A stretch of 64,000 bases of DNA from assembly GCA_026461395.1 (NCBI GenBank), contig JAPJNA010000048.1:29300-93299 (forward strand). The letters are read 5' to 3'. Positions 40,680 to 50,463 of this stretch are shown here, piece after piece; positions within the stretch are counted from its first letter, which is position 1, and every line of letters starts with the position of its first letter. This DNA comes from Chthoniobacterales bacterium (GTDB lineage: Bacteria > Verrucomicrobiota > Verrucomicrobiia > Chthoniobacterales > UBA6821). Both the position numbers and the translations under genes were made by a program. A model generated the notes under the pieces. The model ran no database searches. It was not told the origin of the DNA and saw only the letters and a program-made list of their open reading frames with translations.

Positions 40680-42106
40680 GCAGCAGCCAACCGCATGACG
40701 ACGGCTGTAAGCCGGCTGATCCAGTGACACGGGAGGATCTAACGCGCGCGACGGAAACCCCGCCCATTGTGCGTCAGATTTCCAAGATCGTGCTCTGGTG
40801 CATGGCCGCCTCCCCCTTTGTGCTGGCATTTGTCCCGTGGCAGCAAACTGTGCAGGGTCGCGGCACCGTGATCGCCTATTCGCCTGTCGAGCGCTCCCAA
40901 GTGCTGACGGCTCGGATTCCAGGCCAAGTGCGCAAGTGGCACGTCGTCGAGGGATCCATCGTCAAGAAAGGCGATCCTGTGGTCGACCTTGAGGACAATG
41001 ATCCGGATCTCGGCACCAGGCTGACTGCACAGTTGGAGTTTCTTAAAGGACGTCTCTTGGCCGGTAAACAGGAAGTGACGGAACTAAGTGGCGCCGCTAC
41101 GGCCACGGAGGCTGCCCGTGAATCAGCTGTTAATGCCGCCAAAGCCAATCTTGAATCAACCCGCAAGGCGATCGAGGTGGCTGATCATGTCCTCTCCAAC
41201 GCCCAGTACTCCAAGACCTTCGAGCAGACCCGTTTTGACATGATCGACAAGCTCCATTCCGGCGGAACGCTGGGGGCGATCGAGAGCAAGCTTTCACGCG
41301 AGGAGGCCAAGCTGCGCATTGACCGCGCCTCCATCGACGTGAGACGAGCAGCCGCAGAGTTGGATCGCGCGAAGGCCGCCTACCTGACTCAAGAGGCACA
41401 AGTCCTTCAGACGGATGCCGCTGGAATCTCTTCGATTGCGGTAGCGAGAAGCAATTTCCGGAAGGGAGAGCAGGCGCTTTTCACCACGGAACGTGAGGTG
41501 CAGGACATCGAGAACCGGGTGGAGCGCTTCAAGTCGCGGCACGTGGTGGCTCCCTGCGATGGAGTCGTCTTCCGAGTTCACGCCAATGTGGGCGGTGGTG
41601 GACAGTACCTCAAGGAAGGGGACGAACTCTGCACGATCATTCCCGACACAAAGGACCGGGTCGTCGAGCTCACGCTCGACGGACGCGATGCTCCTCTGGT
41701 TCTCGCTTACGCTCATCGTAAGGGATCTCTGCCACAGGCACGCCTTCAGTTTGAGGGGTGGCCGGCCATCCTCTTCTCCGGATTCCCCGATGTGTCGATC
41801 GGCACCTTCGGAGGAAAAGTCCGGCAGATTGATCAGGCTAGTGGCGCGACCGGTGGATTCCGAATCCTAATCGAACCAGAGCACCATGTTCCGGGTGATG
41901 ACTGGCCCGACTCTAATTTCTTACGACAAGGAAATCAGGTGGTGGGTTGGGTCTTTCTCAATCGGGTGCCGCTTGGATACGAGATTTGGCGTCGTCTGAA
42001 CGGCTTTCCGCCAGTCCTCCCTCCCACTTCCAAGGAGAAGAAATCCGGCTCTCCGGACAACAAGGAAGAGGAGAAAGCGAAAGCGCCGAAGATCAAGGTT
42101 GGCTGA
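40676..42106 (+). CDS. HlyD-family membrane fusion / secretion protein
   Basis: 476 aa. N-terminal TM (IVLWCMAASPFVLAFVPW), lipoyl-like hairpin (GQVRKWHVVEGSIVKKGDPVVDLED), long coiled coil and a beta-barrel C-terminus. It overlaps the ABC gene by 4 nt. Confidence 0.8.
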   Translation: MSSSQPHDDGCKPADPVTREDLTRATETPPIVRQISKIVLWCMAASPFVLAFVPWQQTVQGRGTVIAYSPVERSQVLTARIPGQVRKWHVVEGSIVKKGDPVVDLEDNDPDLGTRLTAQLEFLKGRLLAGKQEVTELSGAATATEAARESAVNAAKANLESTRKAIEVADHVLSNAQYSKTFEQTRFDMIDKLHSGGTLGAIESKLSREEAKLRIDRASIDVRRAAAELDRAKAAYLTQEAQVLQTDAAGISSIAVARSNFRKGEQALFTTEREVQDIENRVERFKSRHVVAPCDGVVFRVHANVGGGGQYLKEGDELCTIIPDTKDRVVELTLDGRDAPLVLAYAHRKGSLPQARLQFEGWPAILFSGFPDVSIGTFGGKVRQIDQASGATGGFRILIEPEHHVPGDDWPDSNFLRQGNQVVGWVFLNRVPLGYEIWRRLNGFPPVLPPTSKEKKSGSPDNKEEEKAKAPKIKVG

Positions 42107-42214
42107 GCCCAGGCAGGGGATCAGGGACGAGGCTTGAACGTCCCCTCAAGTCCCCGAGCGCCTCGAGATTCTATTCCGCCGCGCCGGCATCCTCCGAAGT
42201 CGTCGCCTCAGTCA

Positions 42215-43090
42215 TCACTCTTCTCCGGGCAGCAGTTCACGCGCCGAGATGGAGACCTCGTGCGCGAGGCAGAGACCGGCTTCCCCGCAGTAGGATCCCT
42301 CGACCGGCGGGATCTCGCCAGCGGCGAGGGAGATCGCGACAGCGACATGGTGACCGCCGGCCAGAATCCCATTGGTGGGATCAAATCCGCGCCATCCGGC
42401 CCCGGGCAGATAGAGCTCGCACCATCCGTGTGTGTGGGCATCTCCACCCGTTCCATCCGGTGAGGAACAGAGGTAGCCGCTCACGTAGCGTGCGGCGATC
42501 CCCAGTGAACGGGCGGCCTCGATGAAAAGATGGGCAAAATCGCGGCATGTCCCCTCGCCGAGCCTGATGGTCTGCTCGCAGTTCCGGATCCCCTCTTCAT
42601 GGCGCACCGTGTAACGGAAAAGAGAGGGAATTGCGCGGCAAAGCGAGGTAAGGGTTCCAAGAGTGGAGGGCACGGCGGAGACGCCGTTTAGAAAGGGGCG
42701 GAGCCAGTCTTTCAATTCAGCGCTCGAAGACTCATCAGCTTGCACAAGATAGGGGGTCAGGTGGGTAATTTCCCGCTCCGAGTAGGAGATCGGGAGATGA
42801 AGCGCCCGCTCATCGAGAAGGAAATCAAACGGGTTAGTTATCTTCTGCTCCAGAAGGAGGTCGCTCGTGATCAGCAGGCGATCCGTCATATCCGGGAAGG
42901 TGGCCTTTCCCAGGATCGCTCCCTCTGCGTCGAGGTTCCATCGGACGCCTCCATCGGAGGAGAGAGTGACATCGGATCTCAGCACAAGAAGCCCCGGCGA
43001 GGAGCGGGGCACAAGCCTGAGCCAATGGGGAGTGAGTTCGACAGGTTGACGGTACCGGTACTCGGTGGTGTGGTTGATTCGGAGAAACAT
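42215..43090 (-). CDS. transglutaminase-like cysteine protease-fold protein
   Basis: 291 aa. Catalytic Cys block GEGTCRDFAHLFIEAARSLGIAARYVSGY with a downstream His (HGWCELY) and Asp. Confidence 0.8.
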   Translation of the reverse strand: MFLRINHTTEYRYRQPVELTPHWLRLVPRSSPGLLVLRSDVTLSSDGGVRWNLDAEGAILGKATFPDMTDRLLITSDLLLEQKITNPFDFLLDERALHLPISYSEREITHLTPYLVQADESSSAELKDWLRPFLNGVSAVPSTLGTLTSLCRAIPSLFRYTVRHEEGIRNCEQTIRLGEGTCRDFAHLFIEAARSLGIAARYVSGYLCSSPDGTGGDAHTHGWCELYLPGAGWRGFDPTNGILAGGHHVAVAISLAAGEIPPVEGSYCGEAGLCLAHEVSISARELLPGEE

Positions 43091-43331
43091 CTGGTGGAGA
43101 GGCGAATGAGGAGGGAGAGGAACCTGTTCAGCGGAAAAGACAACCCAGCAGCATGCTCAAACGCGGTTTCGAGGGGAGGAAGAGAAGGGCGGCCTGTGCA
43201 CAGTGGAACGTTTCGACACGGAGTGTGTTTGAAGGGATATTCAACATCTTCATCAATTTAAGCAAACGCCATACCATGAATGACGCGTCATAAATGTTTT
43301 ACCTGAGACCCGGAGCATTTACTCTGCTCCC

Positions 43332-44306
43332 ATGAAAACCATCCTAGTCACCGGAGGAGCAGGATACATCGGCAGCATCTGTGTCGAAGAACTCCTGAAT
43401 GAAGGCTACACCGTGGCCGTTTTTGACAACCTGAGCGAGGGTCATAAGCTCGCCATCGATTCCCGCGCTCATTTCTTCCAAGGTGATCTTGCTGACATCG
43501 AGTCGATCAAGCTGGCTCTCCGCGAATCCAAGGCCGAGGCCGTCATGCATTTCGCAGCCAACGCTCTGGTCGGCGAATCGATGACCAACCCCGGCAAGTA
43601 TTTCCGGAATAATGTCGCGAACGGCGTGAACCTTCTGGAAGCCATGGTTGCCGAAGGGGTGAAGCGCTTCGTCTTCTCCTCCACCTGCGCCACCTTCGGC
43701 ATCCCTGAATCGATGCCGATCGACGAGACGCTTCCTCAGAAGCCGATCAACCCGTACGGCGAGTCGAAGCTGATGTTCGAGAAGGTCCTCCGCTGGTACG
43801 GCGAACTGCACGGCATCACCTTTGTGGCGCTGCGGTACTTCAATGCAGCCGGAGCCACCGAGCAATTCGGCGAGGATCATCGCATTGAGACCCATCTTAT
43901 TCCGAACGTGCTTAAGGTTGCGCTCGGTCAGAAGGAGTCCGTCGACATCTATGGAACGGACTACCCGACGACCGACGGCACCTGCGTCCGCGACTACATC
44001 CACATCGTGGATCTGGCGCAGGCCCACCTCCTTGCGTTAACAGCGAAGGAGAGTGCCTTCTACAACCTGGGGACAGGCGGCGGCACTTCCGTCAAGGAAG
44101 TCATCGACTGCTGCCGCGCCATCACCGGCAAGGAGATCAAGGCTATCGAAAAACCACGCCGCGCCGGTGATCCGCCCCACCTCATTGCTGGCTCCGATAA
44201 GGTCCGCCGCGAACTCGGCTGGCAGCCGAAATACCAGGACATCCGGACGATTATCGAGAGCGCTTGGGCCTGGCATGTGAAGCACCCGAACGGCTACGGA
44301 GACTAG
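43332..44306 (+). CDS. galE: UDP-glucose 4-epimerase
   Basis: 324 aa. TGGAGYIGS Rossmann motif, the YGESK catalytic motif and GalE-like blocks (DGTCVRDYIHVxDL pattern). Confidence 0.9.
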   Translation: MKTILVTGGAGYIGSICVEELLNEGYTVAVFDNLSEGHKLAIDSRAHFFQGDLADIESIKLALRESKAEAVMHFAANALVGESMTNPGKYFRNNVANGVNLLEAMVAEGVKRFVFSSTCATFGIPESMPIDETLPQKPINPYGESKLMFEKVLRWYGELHGITFVALRYFNAAGATEQFGEDHRIETHLIPNVLKVALGQKESVDIYGTDYPTTDGTCVRDYIHIVDLAQAHLLALTAKESAFYNLGTGGGTSVKEVIDCCRAITGKEIKAIEKPRRAGDPPHLIAGSDKVRRELGWQPKYQDIRTIIESAWAWHVKHPNGYGD

Positions 44307-44377
44307 AGGGAAAGGCAAAAGGCTTAAGGCTGAAACTAAGAGACTACGGAGAACTTACTCTCGGCCCCTTTTTCCTC

Positions 44378-45238
44378 ATGGAGCTGATCGATACTCACGC
44401 CCACCTCGACTATCCCGATTTCGAACCGGATCTCGACGGGGTCGTTTCACGGGCTTGTGAAGCCGGCGTCACCCGCATCATCTCGATCGGCACGGGTCTC
44501 GAGAGCAGTCGCCTCGCCGTGGCCCTCACGGAGCGCTTTCCGAATGTCTACGCCGCGATCGGAATCCATCCGACGAATGTCACCGAGGAGGGACTCGATT
44601 TTCTCCCGGCACTCCGGGAACTGGCTCTCCATCCGAAGGTCGTTGCGATCGGCGAGACCGGGATCGACTACCATCATCTTCCGGAGGAATTGCAGGCGCC
44701 TAAGATTGCGGCTGTCGACTCCGCACTGCTGGCCCAGAGTTCAGGGGATCAGGAGCGCTTGATCGCCGAGGGAGCATGGAAGGCCGCTCAGGCCGATGCC
44801 TTCCGAATGCAGCTCGATCTGGCAGTGGAGCTGGGACTCAATGTGGTGATCCATCAGCGCTCCTCCTGGGTTGACACCCTCGATGTACTCCGTGACTACA
44901 CCGGGAAAGTACGCGGTGTTTTCCACTGCTTCGGAGGCACTCCTGAAGAGGCCGCCGAGTTGGCCGCCCTCGGCCATCTGGTCTCCTTCACAGGCATCAT
45001 CACCTTCAAGAATGCGGAGCAGGTGCGTGAGAGTGCTGCCGGAGTTTCTGCCGATGGCTACATGGTCGAGACCGATTGCCCTTATCTCGCCCCGGTGCCT
45101 CATCGCGGAAAGCGTGCTGAGCCAGCCCATACCCGACTCGTGGCCGAGACCGTCGCGCTGGTTCGCGGAATCACCCTTGAGCAGGTGGCCGCAGAGACCA
45201 CCCGAACGGCGGAGGGATTCTTCCGGTTTAACCGCTAA
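44378..45238 (+). CDS. tatD: TatD-family metal-dependent hydrolase/DNase
   Basis: ORF 44264..45238 trimmed to ATG 44378 (MELIDTHAHLDYPDF). TatD motifs HxH, GEtGiDY and ETDCPYLAP. Confidence 0.85.
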   Translation: MELIDTHAHLDYPDFEPDLDGVVSRACEAGVTRIISIGTGLESSRLAVALTERFPNVYAAIGIHPTNVTEEGLDFLPALRELALHPKVVAIGETGIDYHHLPEELQAPKIAAVDSALLAQSSGDQERLIAEGAWKAAQADAFRMQLDLAVELGLNVVIHQRSSWVDTLDVLRDYTGKVRGVFHCFGGTPEEAAELAALGHLVSFTGIITFKNAEQVRESAAGVSADGYMVETDCPYLAPVPHRGKRAEPAHTRLVAETVALVRGITLEQVAAETTRTAEGFFRFNR

Positions 45239-45437
45239 GTTTTCAGATGAATATTATCGCGCAGATGCAACGCAGGCTGTCAAGCCGAGGCCAGGCAAGC
45301 AAACGCAGAGGCGCCTTTGAACTCGGGCGTGCCCACGCCGCTCGCCCCTTTGGGGCTGCTCCTAGGGTCGCAGTCCAACCTCCTCCTGCCAGTCGGAGGT
45401 TTGCGGGAAAAATCTTTTCGACGGGCCGTTTACGTTC

Positions 45438-46226
45438 ATGAAGCCGAGTTTTTTGTCATTCATTATCGAGCCCGCGGGTAGAAAGGCCCCGGTTTGGATC
45501 CGCGTGGTGTGGATGCTTTTGCTGGCAACCCTCCTCTGCTTCGGCGTGATGAGTTGGGCTGCCGGTTTCTCCCAGGGCTCCTGGGAATCGGTCTGGAAAT
45601 ACCGGGATATCTTCTGGAAGGGATGGGTGCTGACGATCGTGATTTCCCTGCTCTCGCTCTGTCTGAGCACGCTGATTGGCATCGTTGCGGCACTTGCCCG
45701 ACGCTCACGCGTTTTGCCCCTGCGGTCCGCGGCGCTTCTTTATATCGATGTGGTGCGGGGTATGCCTCTCCTTGTCCTTATCCTTTTTCTCTATTACGTG
45801 GTCGCCAACGGCATGGGACTTCAGGACCGGTTAATCGCCGGGATCCTGATCCTCTCCCTGTTCGGCGGGGCCTATCTGGCCGAGATGATCCGTGCCGGGA
45901 TCGAGTCCATTCCCTCTTCTCAGCTGGAGTCGGCGCGGGCCATTGGATTCACCCCGTGGCAGACCTACCGGATCGTGATTATTCCGCAAGCGCTCCGGCA
46001 AATCCTCCCGCCGCTGACTGGGCAGTTCGCCTCGCTGATCAAGGACTCTTCGCTCCTCTCGATTATCGCGATCGGTGAGTTCACTCTTGCCGCCCAGCAG
46101 GTAAACTCAGTCACCTACCGCACCCTTGAGAGCTATCTCCCGTTAACGCTCGGTTATCTGGCCCTGACACTTCCGATCTCCCTCCTCTCCAAGTTTCTGG
46201 AACAGCGTCTGAGCTATGAATCCTAA
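45438..46226 (+). CDS. amino-acid ABC importer permease (HisM/GlnP type)
   Basis: 262 aa. EAA loop QLESARAIGFTPWQTYRIVIIPQALRQILPPL. Confidence 0.8.
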   Translation: MKPSFLSFIIEPAGRKAPVWIRVVWMLLLATLLCFGVMSWAAGFSQGSWESVWKYRDIFWKGWVLTIVISLLSLCLSTLIGIVAALARRSRVLPLRSAALLYIDVVRGMPLLVLILFLYYVVANGMGLQDRLIAGILILSLFGGAYLAEMIRAGIESIPSSQLESARAIGFTPWQTYRIVIIPQALRQILPPLTGQFASLIKDSSLLSIIAIGEFTLAAQQVNSVTYRTLESYLPLTLGYLALTLPISLLSKFLEQRLSYES

Positions 46227-46229
46227 ATC

Positions 46230-46979
46230 ATGAAGATTGAAGCCCTGAGCATCACGAAGAGCTATGGATCCGGAAGTGAAAGCCGTGTAGTGCTCAACGA
46301 GCTCTGCCTGAGCGTGGAGTTTCCCCATGTGCTCGCTCTGCTGGGACCTAGTGGGAGCGGAAAGTCGACCCTTCTCCGCATCATCGCCGGCTTGGAACGG
46401 CCCGATGCGGGATCGTTAATCCTGAATGGAGAAGCGGCACCTCTTTGCGAAAAAGAGCCTGTGCTTCGTGACTACCGACGCAAGCTCGGCGTGGTCTTCC
46501 AGGCTTTCAATCTCTTTCCCCACATGACGGCATTCCAAAACGTGATGGTCCCCTTGACTCAAGTTCACGGTCTTGATGAGCAAGAGGCCACTCATCGAAC
46601 CCTGGAAGTGATGGAGCGTCTTGGCATGGCGGAACATGGGAAAAAGTTTCCAGCCCAGCTTTCCGGGGGTCAGCGGCAGAGGATCGCGATCGCCCGTGCG
46701 CTGGCATCCAAGGCCCGCTTTCTTCTCTTTGACGAGCCGACATCCTCCCTTGATCCTGAGATGACCGCCGAGGTCTTGATGCTCATCGCCGAGTTGAAGG
46801 ATGCCGGGACTCCCATGCTGCTGGTCACCCACGAGATGGGATTTGCACGCAAGATCGCCGATCAGGTGGCTTTCCTCGCCGAAGGGCGTGTCCTGGAGCA
46901 GGGACCAGCGGGAGAGTTTTTTAACAATCCTCAGTCCCTCGTGGCTCAGCGTTTCCTGGCCAAAGTCTTAGCCTACTAA
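46230..46979 (+). CDS. amino-acid ABC importer ATP-binding protein (GlnQ type)
   Basis: 249 aa. GPSGSGKST, LSGGQRQRIAIARAL, LLFDEPTSSLD and THEMGFA. Confidence 0.9.
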   Translation: MKIEALSITKSYGSGSESRVVLNELCLSVEFPHVLALLGPSGSGKSTLLRIIAGLERPDAGSLILNGEAAPLCEKEPVLRDYRRKLGVVFQAFNLFPHMTAFQNVMVPLTQVHGLDEQEATHRTLEVMERLGMAEHGKKFPAQLSGGQRQRIAIARALASKARFLLFDEPTSSLDPEMTAEVLMLIAELKDAGTPMLLVTHEMGFARKIADQVAFLAEGRVLEQGPAGEFFNNPQSLVAQRFLAKVLAY

Positions 46980-46982
46980 GCC

Positions 46983-48542
46983 CTAGTGTCCCGAACCCGA
47001 CGTTGGTTCAGGGAGAGAAACGCCTTCTACAATGACCCGCAAACCCCTCGACTGGGAGTCCATGACAAAATCGGAGAGCGTCTCCAGAATATCCTGATCA
47101 ATGAACGTCGCCCGTTTGCCATCGATGGTGACGTCGGATCCGGGGACAATGGAATCCAGAAGTTTACGGAGGTAGGCCTTGTTCAGGAAAGAGACATCCT
47201 TGTTAAGTCGCAGGAGATAGCTTCCCTCGTGGAGGGTGAGCGAGAGGGAATGGTGGAAGTTGGCGTGCAGGACAAAGAGGAGTCCGATCGCCATGCCGAT
47301 TGCGATTCCAAAAAGGAGATCCTCCAGAAGGATTGCCACAATAGTGATAATAAAGGGGAGAAACTGGTTCCAACCCTTGGCGAACTGCTCACGGAACAGC
47401 GACGGCTTCGCGAGTTTGTACCCGGTCTGAAGCAGGATCGCAGCAAGGCAGGCCAGCGGGATAGTATTGAGTTGGGCGCCGAGAAAGAGCACGGCAAGCA
47501 GAAGTAGCACGCCATGGAGGAAACTGGAGATCTTGGTCTGACCCCCGAAGTTGATGTTAGCGGAACTGCGGACGATAACCGCCGTGAGCGGCAGACCTCC
47601 GATCAGGCCGCTGAGCATGTTCCCGAGCCCCTGTGCCTTGAGCTCGCGGTTGGTGGGGGCGACTCGCTTGTGCGGGTCGAGTTTGTCGACCGCCTCGATG
47701 CTCAGGAGGGTCTCCAGGCTTGCGACCACGGCCAGGATCACGGCTGTCTTATAGACGAGAGGATTGCCGAGTGACTTGAAATCGGGTAAGTGGAACTGGC
47801 TGAGGAACTCCAGGGGAGAGGAGAGCGGTGGGAGTGAGACCAAGTGCTTGGGCTCGATTACCAGCGCAGGGAAATAACGCGCTGCGGCAGCGTTAAAAAG
47901 GACACCCCAGATGACTGCGAGGAGAGGAGCCGGGACCATGCGCAGGATCGCATGGCGACGGATGAGTGGCGCCTCCCATGCGAAAAGTAGGCAGAGAGAG
48001 CTGATGGTGACCAAGGTCGCTCCCCAGGAGATTCCACGGATGGCATTTGTCAGAATCTCAAAGGTCACGCCGGCGCTGTCCCTCATATAAGACTCGTCGC
48101 CCTCCATGCTAGTATCGAAGCCTGTGGCATGGGGGATCTGCTTCATGATCAGAATCAGTCCGATCGCCGAGAGCATTCCCTTGATCACCGCAGAGGGGAA
48201 AAACGCACCGATCGTTCCCGCCCGGGCATAGCCCAGAATCACCTGAAGTACCCCCGCCAAGACGACGCTCATCAGGAAGGCATTAAATCCGCCAAGCGTC
48301 TCGATGGCCGAGAAGACAATGACCGTCAACCCTGCCGCCGGGCCCGAGACGCTGAGCTGGGATCCACTCGCCCAGGCGACCACGAGACCACCTACCATAC
48401 CTGCGATCATTCCTGAGAAAAGAGGAGCCCCGGAGGCCAAGGCGATGCCTAGACAGAGGGGAAGGGCGACCAGAAAGACGCCGATGCTGGCGGGAATGTC
48501 CTGACGGAGGTTATCTAGATAGTAGCGGGGTCCGGTATTCAT
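46983..48542 (-). CDS. SulP-family anion transporter with C-terminal STAS domain (possible bicarbonate transporter)
   Basis: ORF 46983..48734 trimmed to ATG 48542 (MNTGPRYYLDNLRQDIPASIGVFLVALP), which avoids overlap with the carbonic anhydrase gene. SulP blocks plus a STAS-like C-terminus. Confidence 0.85.
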   Translation of the reverse strand: MNTGPRYYLDNLRQDIPASIGVFLVALPLCLGIALASGAPLFSGMIAGMVGGLVVAWASGSQLSVSGPAAGLTVIVFSAIETLGGFNAFLMSVVLAGVLQVILGYARAGTIGAFFPSAVIKGMLSAIGLILIMKQIPHATGFDTSMEGDESYMRDSAGVTFEILTNAIRGISWGATLVTISSLCLLFAWEAPLIRRHAILRMVPAPLLAVIWGVLFNAAAARYFPALVIEPKHLVSLPPLSSPLEFLSQFHLPDFKSLGNPLVYKTAVILAVVASLETLLSIEAVDKLDPHKRVAPTNRELKAQGLGNMLSGLIGGLPLTAVIVRSSANINFGGQTKISSFLHGVLLLLAVLFLGAQLNTIPLACLAAILLQTGYKLAKPSLFREQFAKGWNQFLPFIITIVAILLEDLLFGIAIGMAIGLLFVLHANFHHSLSLTLHEGSYLLRLNKDVSFLNKAYLRKLLDSIVPGSDVTIDGKRATFIDQDILETLSDFVMDSQSRGLRVIVEGVSLPEPTSGSGH

Positions 48543-48607
48543 AGTGCTGTCGGTTTCACGCCACCTTAGGCGGGACAAGGGAATGCTCTCACGGTAGAGG
48601 TGAGGGA

Positions 48608-49264
48608 TCAGTCGTTGTAACGATAGATGTTCTCCATAGGGGCATTGTAGTTGAGAGTGATCAGCTCTTTGAGCAAGCCGTTCTCCAGACCATAGACCCA
48701 GCCGTGAAGGGTCGGGGCCTTGCGCTCCTTCCAAGCCGCCTGGATTATCGACGTGTGTGCCAGATTGTTCACCTGCTCAATGATATTGAGCTCAATCATC
48801 CTGTTGGTCCTCTGATCCGGTGGGAGGGCCTCCAGTTCGGCCTGATGCAACCGGTAGATGTCCTTGATATGAAGAAGCCACTTGTTGGCGATTATCAGGC
48901 CGTTGTCTTGGCGACTCAATGCAGCTTGGACGCCGCCACATCCGTAGTGACCGCAGACGATGACATGCTCTACCTTCAGTACAGAGACTGCGTACTGGAG
49001 AACACTTAGGCAGTTGAAGTCTGTGGTGATGACCTGATTGGCGATGTTGCGGTGGACGAAGATCTCGCCCGGTTGGGCGTTGACCACCGTCTCGGCGGGA
49101 ACACGGCTGTCGGAGCACCCGATCCAGAGGAACTTGGGGCGCTGCTCCTTAGCTAGATTGTGAAAATACTCTGGTTCGTGGCTGAGGATTGCCTCGGACC
49201 AAGCCTTGTTCTCGAGAAGAAGCCGGGTAGTCAGGTCGTCGGGATTGAGTGCATGTTTGTCCAT
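48608..49264 (-). CDS. can: beta-class carbonic anhydrase
   Basis: 218 aa. Zinc ligand motifs CSDSRV and HYGCGG. Confidence 0.9.
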   Translation of the reverse strand: MDKHALNPDDLTTRLLLENKAWSEAILSHEPEYFHNLAKEQRPKFLWIGCSDSRVPAETVVNAQPGEIFVHRNIANQVITTDFNCLSVLQYAVSVLKVEHVIVCGHYGCGGVQAALSRQDNGLIIANKWLLHIKDIYRLHQAELEALPPDQRTNRMIELNIIEQVNNLAHTSIIQAAWKERKAPTLHGWVYGLENGLLKELITLNYNAPMENIYRYND

Positions 49265-49320
49265 GAGTACGCGGAAATTAGCTCCCCAACCTTATTTTGC
49301 AAGTTGCAAAAAGGGATTAA

Positions 49321-49351
49321 AGAAAAAGGCCCCGCCGTTGTCAGCGGGGCC
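49321..49351 (-). terminator. intrinsic terminator downstream of the OM protein gene
   Basis: GGCCCCGC-CGTTGTCA-GCGGGGCC at 49328-49351, followed on the minus strand by TTTTTCT. Confidence 0.65.
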
Positions 49352-49376
49352 CTTCTTGTCAGTCTAACCCCAAATT

Positions 49377-50297
49377 TTAGAACGAATACCCAACACTGGC
49401 ACCACCGTAGAATCTGTTCTCCGGCATCGCTGTGAGCGCAACCGTGTTGTAGAGATTGGGCTGGTAGGTGTAGGCCACGTAGGCGGTCAAGGAGATGGCG
49501 CTGGTGATCTTCCAAGTCACCGGTGCGGTGACCTGCCAGTTGTTGAAGCCGTAGAGTTTGGAAGCACCTTGCGAGCTAGCTGTGTTGTTGTACCCGAAGG
49601 AGATGTTGTACTGGGTGTTTGGGTTGAAACTGACGATGTCCTTGTAGAGAGGAACACCGACGGTTAGAGCAGGGCTCAGGAAGCTCGATCCGGCGTTGAT
49701 GCTGGCGTAGTTGTTCGGCGCTGCTTGCCCAAGCTCGTAGAAGTACGCAATGGATGGCACCCAGGAAACGGCACCCGTCTTCACGGTGTAGTTTGCATTG
49801 ATGTTCACCTCGTGTTGGAGGCCTGTTCCACCTGGCTTGTAGCTACTGATACCACCTGACTCGGTTGGGAAGCCGTAGTTGAAGTAGTTGTAGAGTGTGT
49901 AACCGCAACCCACGGCCAAGTTGCCGAAGGTGTGGACGTAGCTCGGGGAGACATCCAACTCAGTGTAGTTGTTGCCGTTGAAAGGCGAGTTCTGCCCAAG
50001 AGCGACACAGAACCAGAGCGGTACCGAGAAGGTATCGTTGGGAGTGATGTGCCAGACAGGTGTGAAGGTGGCGGTCGCGATCCCCTTGTTTGGGATCCAG
50101 TCGACACCACGGAAGTTGTACATGCTGTCGTATCCAGTGGTCACTGTGCCGGTGAACATGGGAGTGGCAGAGGCCTCGGCGACGGGCTGTTTGAAGTTTT
50201 TGCCGGAAGAAACCGAGTTTGTCTCGGCGGCCTGGAGGACTGAAGTGACCGCAACCGCTGTAAGGGCGATCGAAGCAACGCGTGTAGTGAGTTTCAT
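49377..50297 (-). CDS. outer-membrane beta-barrel protein (porin-like), function unknown
   Basis: ORF 49377..50363 trimmed to ATG 50297 (MKLTTRVASIALTAVAVTSVLQA signal peptide). Tyr/Asn/Gly-rich alternating strands and a terminal SVGYSF. Confidence 0.65.
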   Translation of the reverse strand: MKLTTRVASIALTAVAVTSVLQAAETNSVSSGKNFKQPVAEASATPMFTGTVTTGYDSMYNFRGVDWIPNKGIATATFTPVWHITPNDTFSVPLWFCVALGQNSPFNGNNYTELDVSPSYVHTFGNLAVGCGYTLYNYFNYGFPTESGGISSYKPGGTGLQHEVNINANYTVKTGAVSWVPSIAYFYELGQAAPNNYASINAGSSFLSPALTVGVPLYKDIVSFNPNTQYNISFGYNNTASSQGASKLYGFNNWQVTAPVTWKITSAISLTAYVAYTYQPNLYNTVALTAMPENRFYGGASVGYSF

Positions 50298-50463
50298 GGT
50301 AGGTTTTGTTGGTTTTGGGACTGGTTTAAGTCTTGGAACCAGTAAAAGCAAACGACGTGCCAAGTTCTTTTTAAAACCCTGTAACAGAGTAAATCTTCAG
50401 ACGATCTCAGCGAATCCCTGAGCCGGCTGATCAAAAAAAACCACTGCCGATACCGATGATCAG

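Noticed and set aside
42119-42140. GGGACG-N9-CGTCCC hairpin between the convergent HlyD and transglutaminase-like genes.
   Set aside because: There is no flanking T- or A-run on either strand, so I cannot support it as an intrinsic terminator.
43280-43291. 12-bp perfect palindrome ATGACGCGTCAT in the divergent region between the transglutaminase-like gene and galE.
   Set aside because: It is a single short palindrome containing a CG-rich restriction-site-like core, with no second half-site or repeat. The evidence is insufficient for an operator call.
45239-45437. 199-nt GC-rich gap upstream of the amino-acid ABC permease. It was examined for a missing binding-protein gene remnant or a tRNA-like element (GGTCGCAGTCCAACCTCC resembles a T-arm).
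   Set aside because: I could fold no cloverleaf or acceptor stem, and found no convincing ORF. The 64-aa ORF at 45247-45441 is Arg/Ala-rich and low-complexity. The importer simply lacks an adjacent binding-protein gene in this window.
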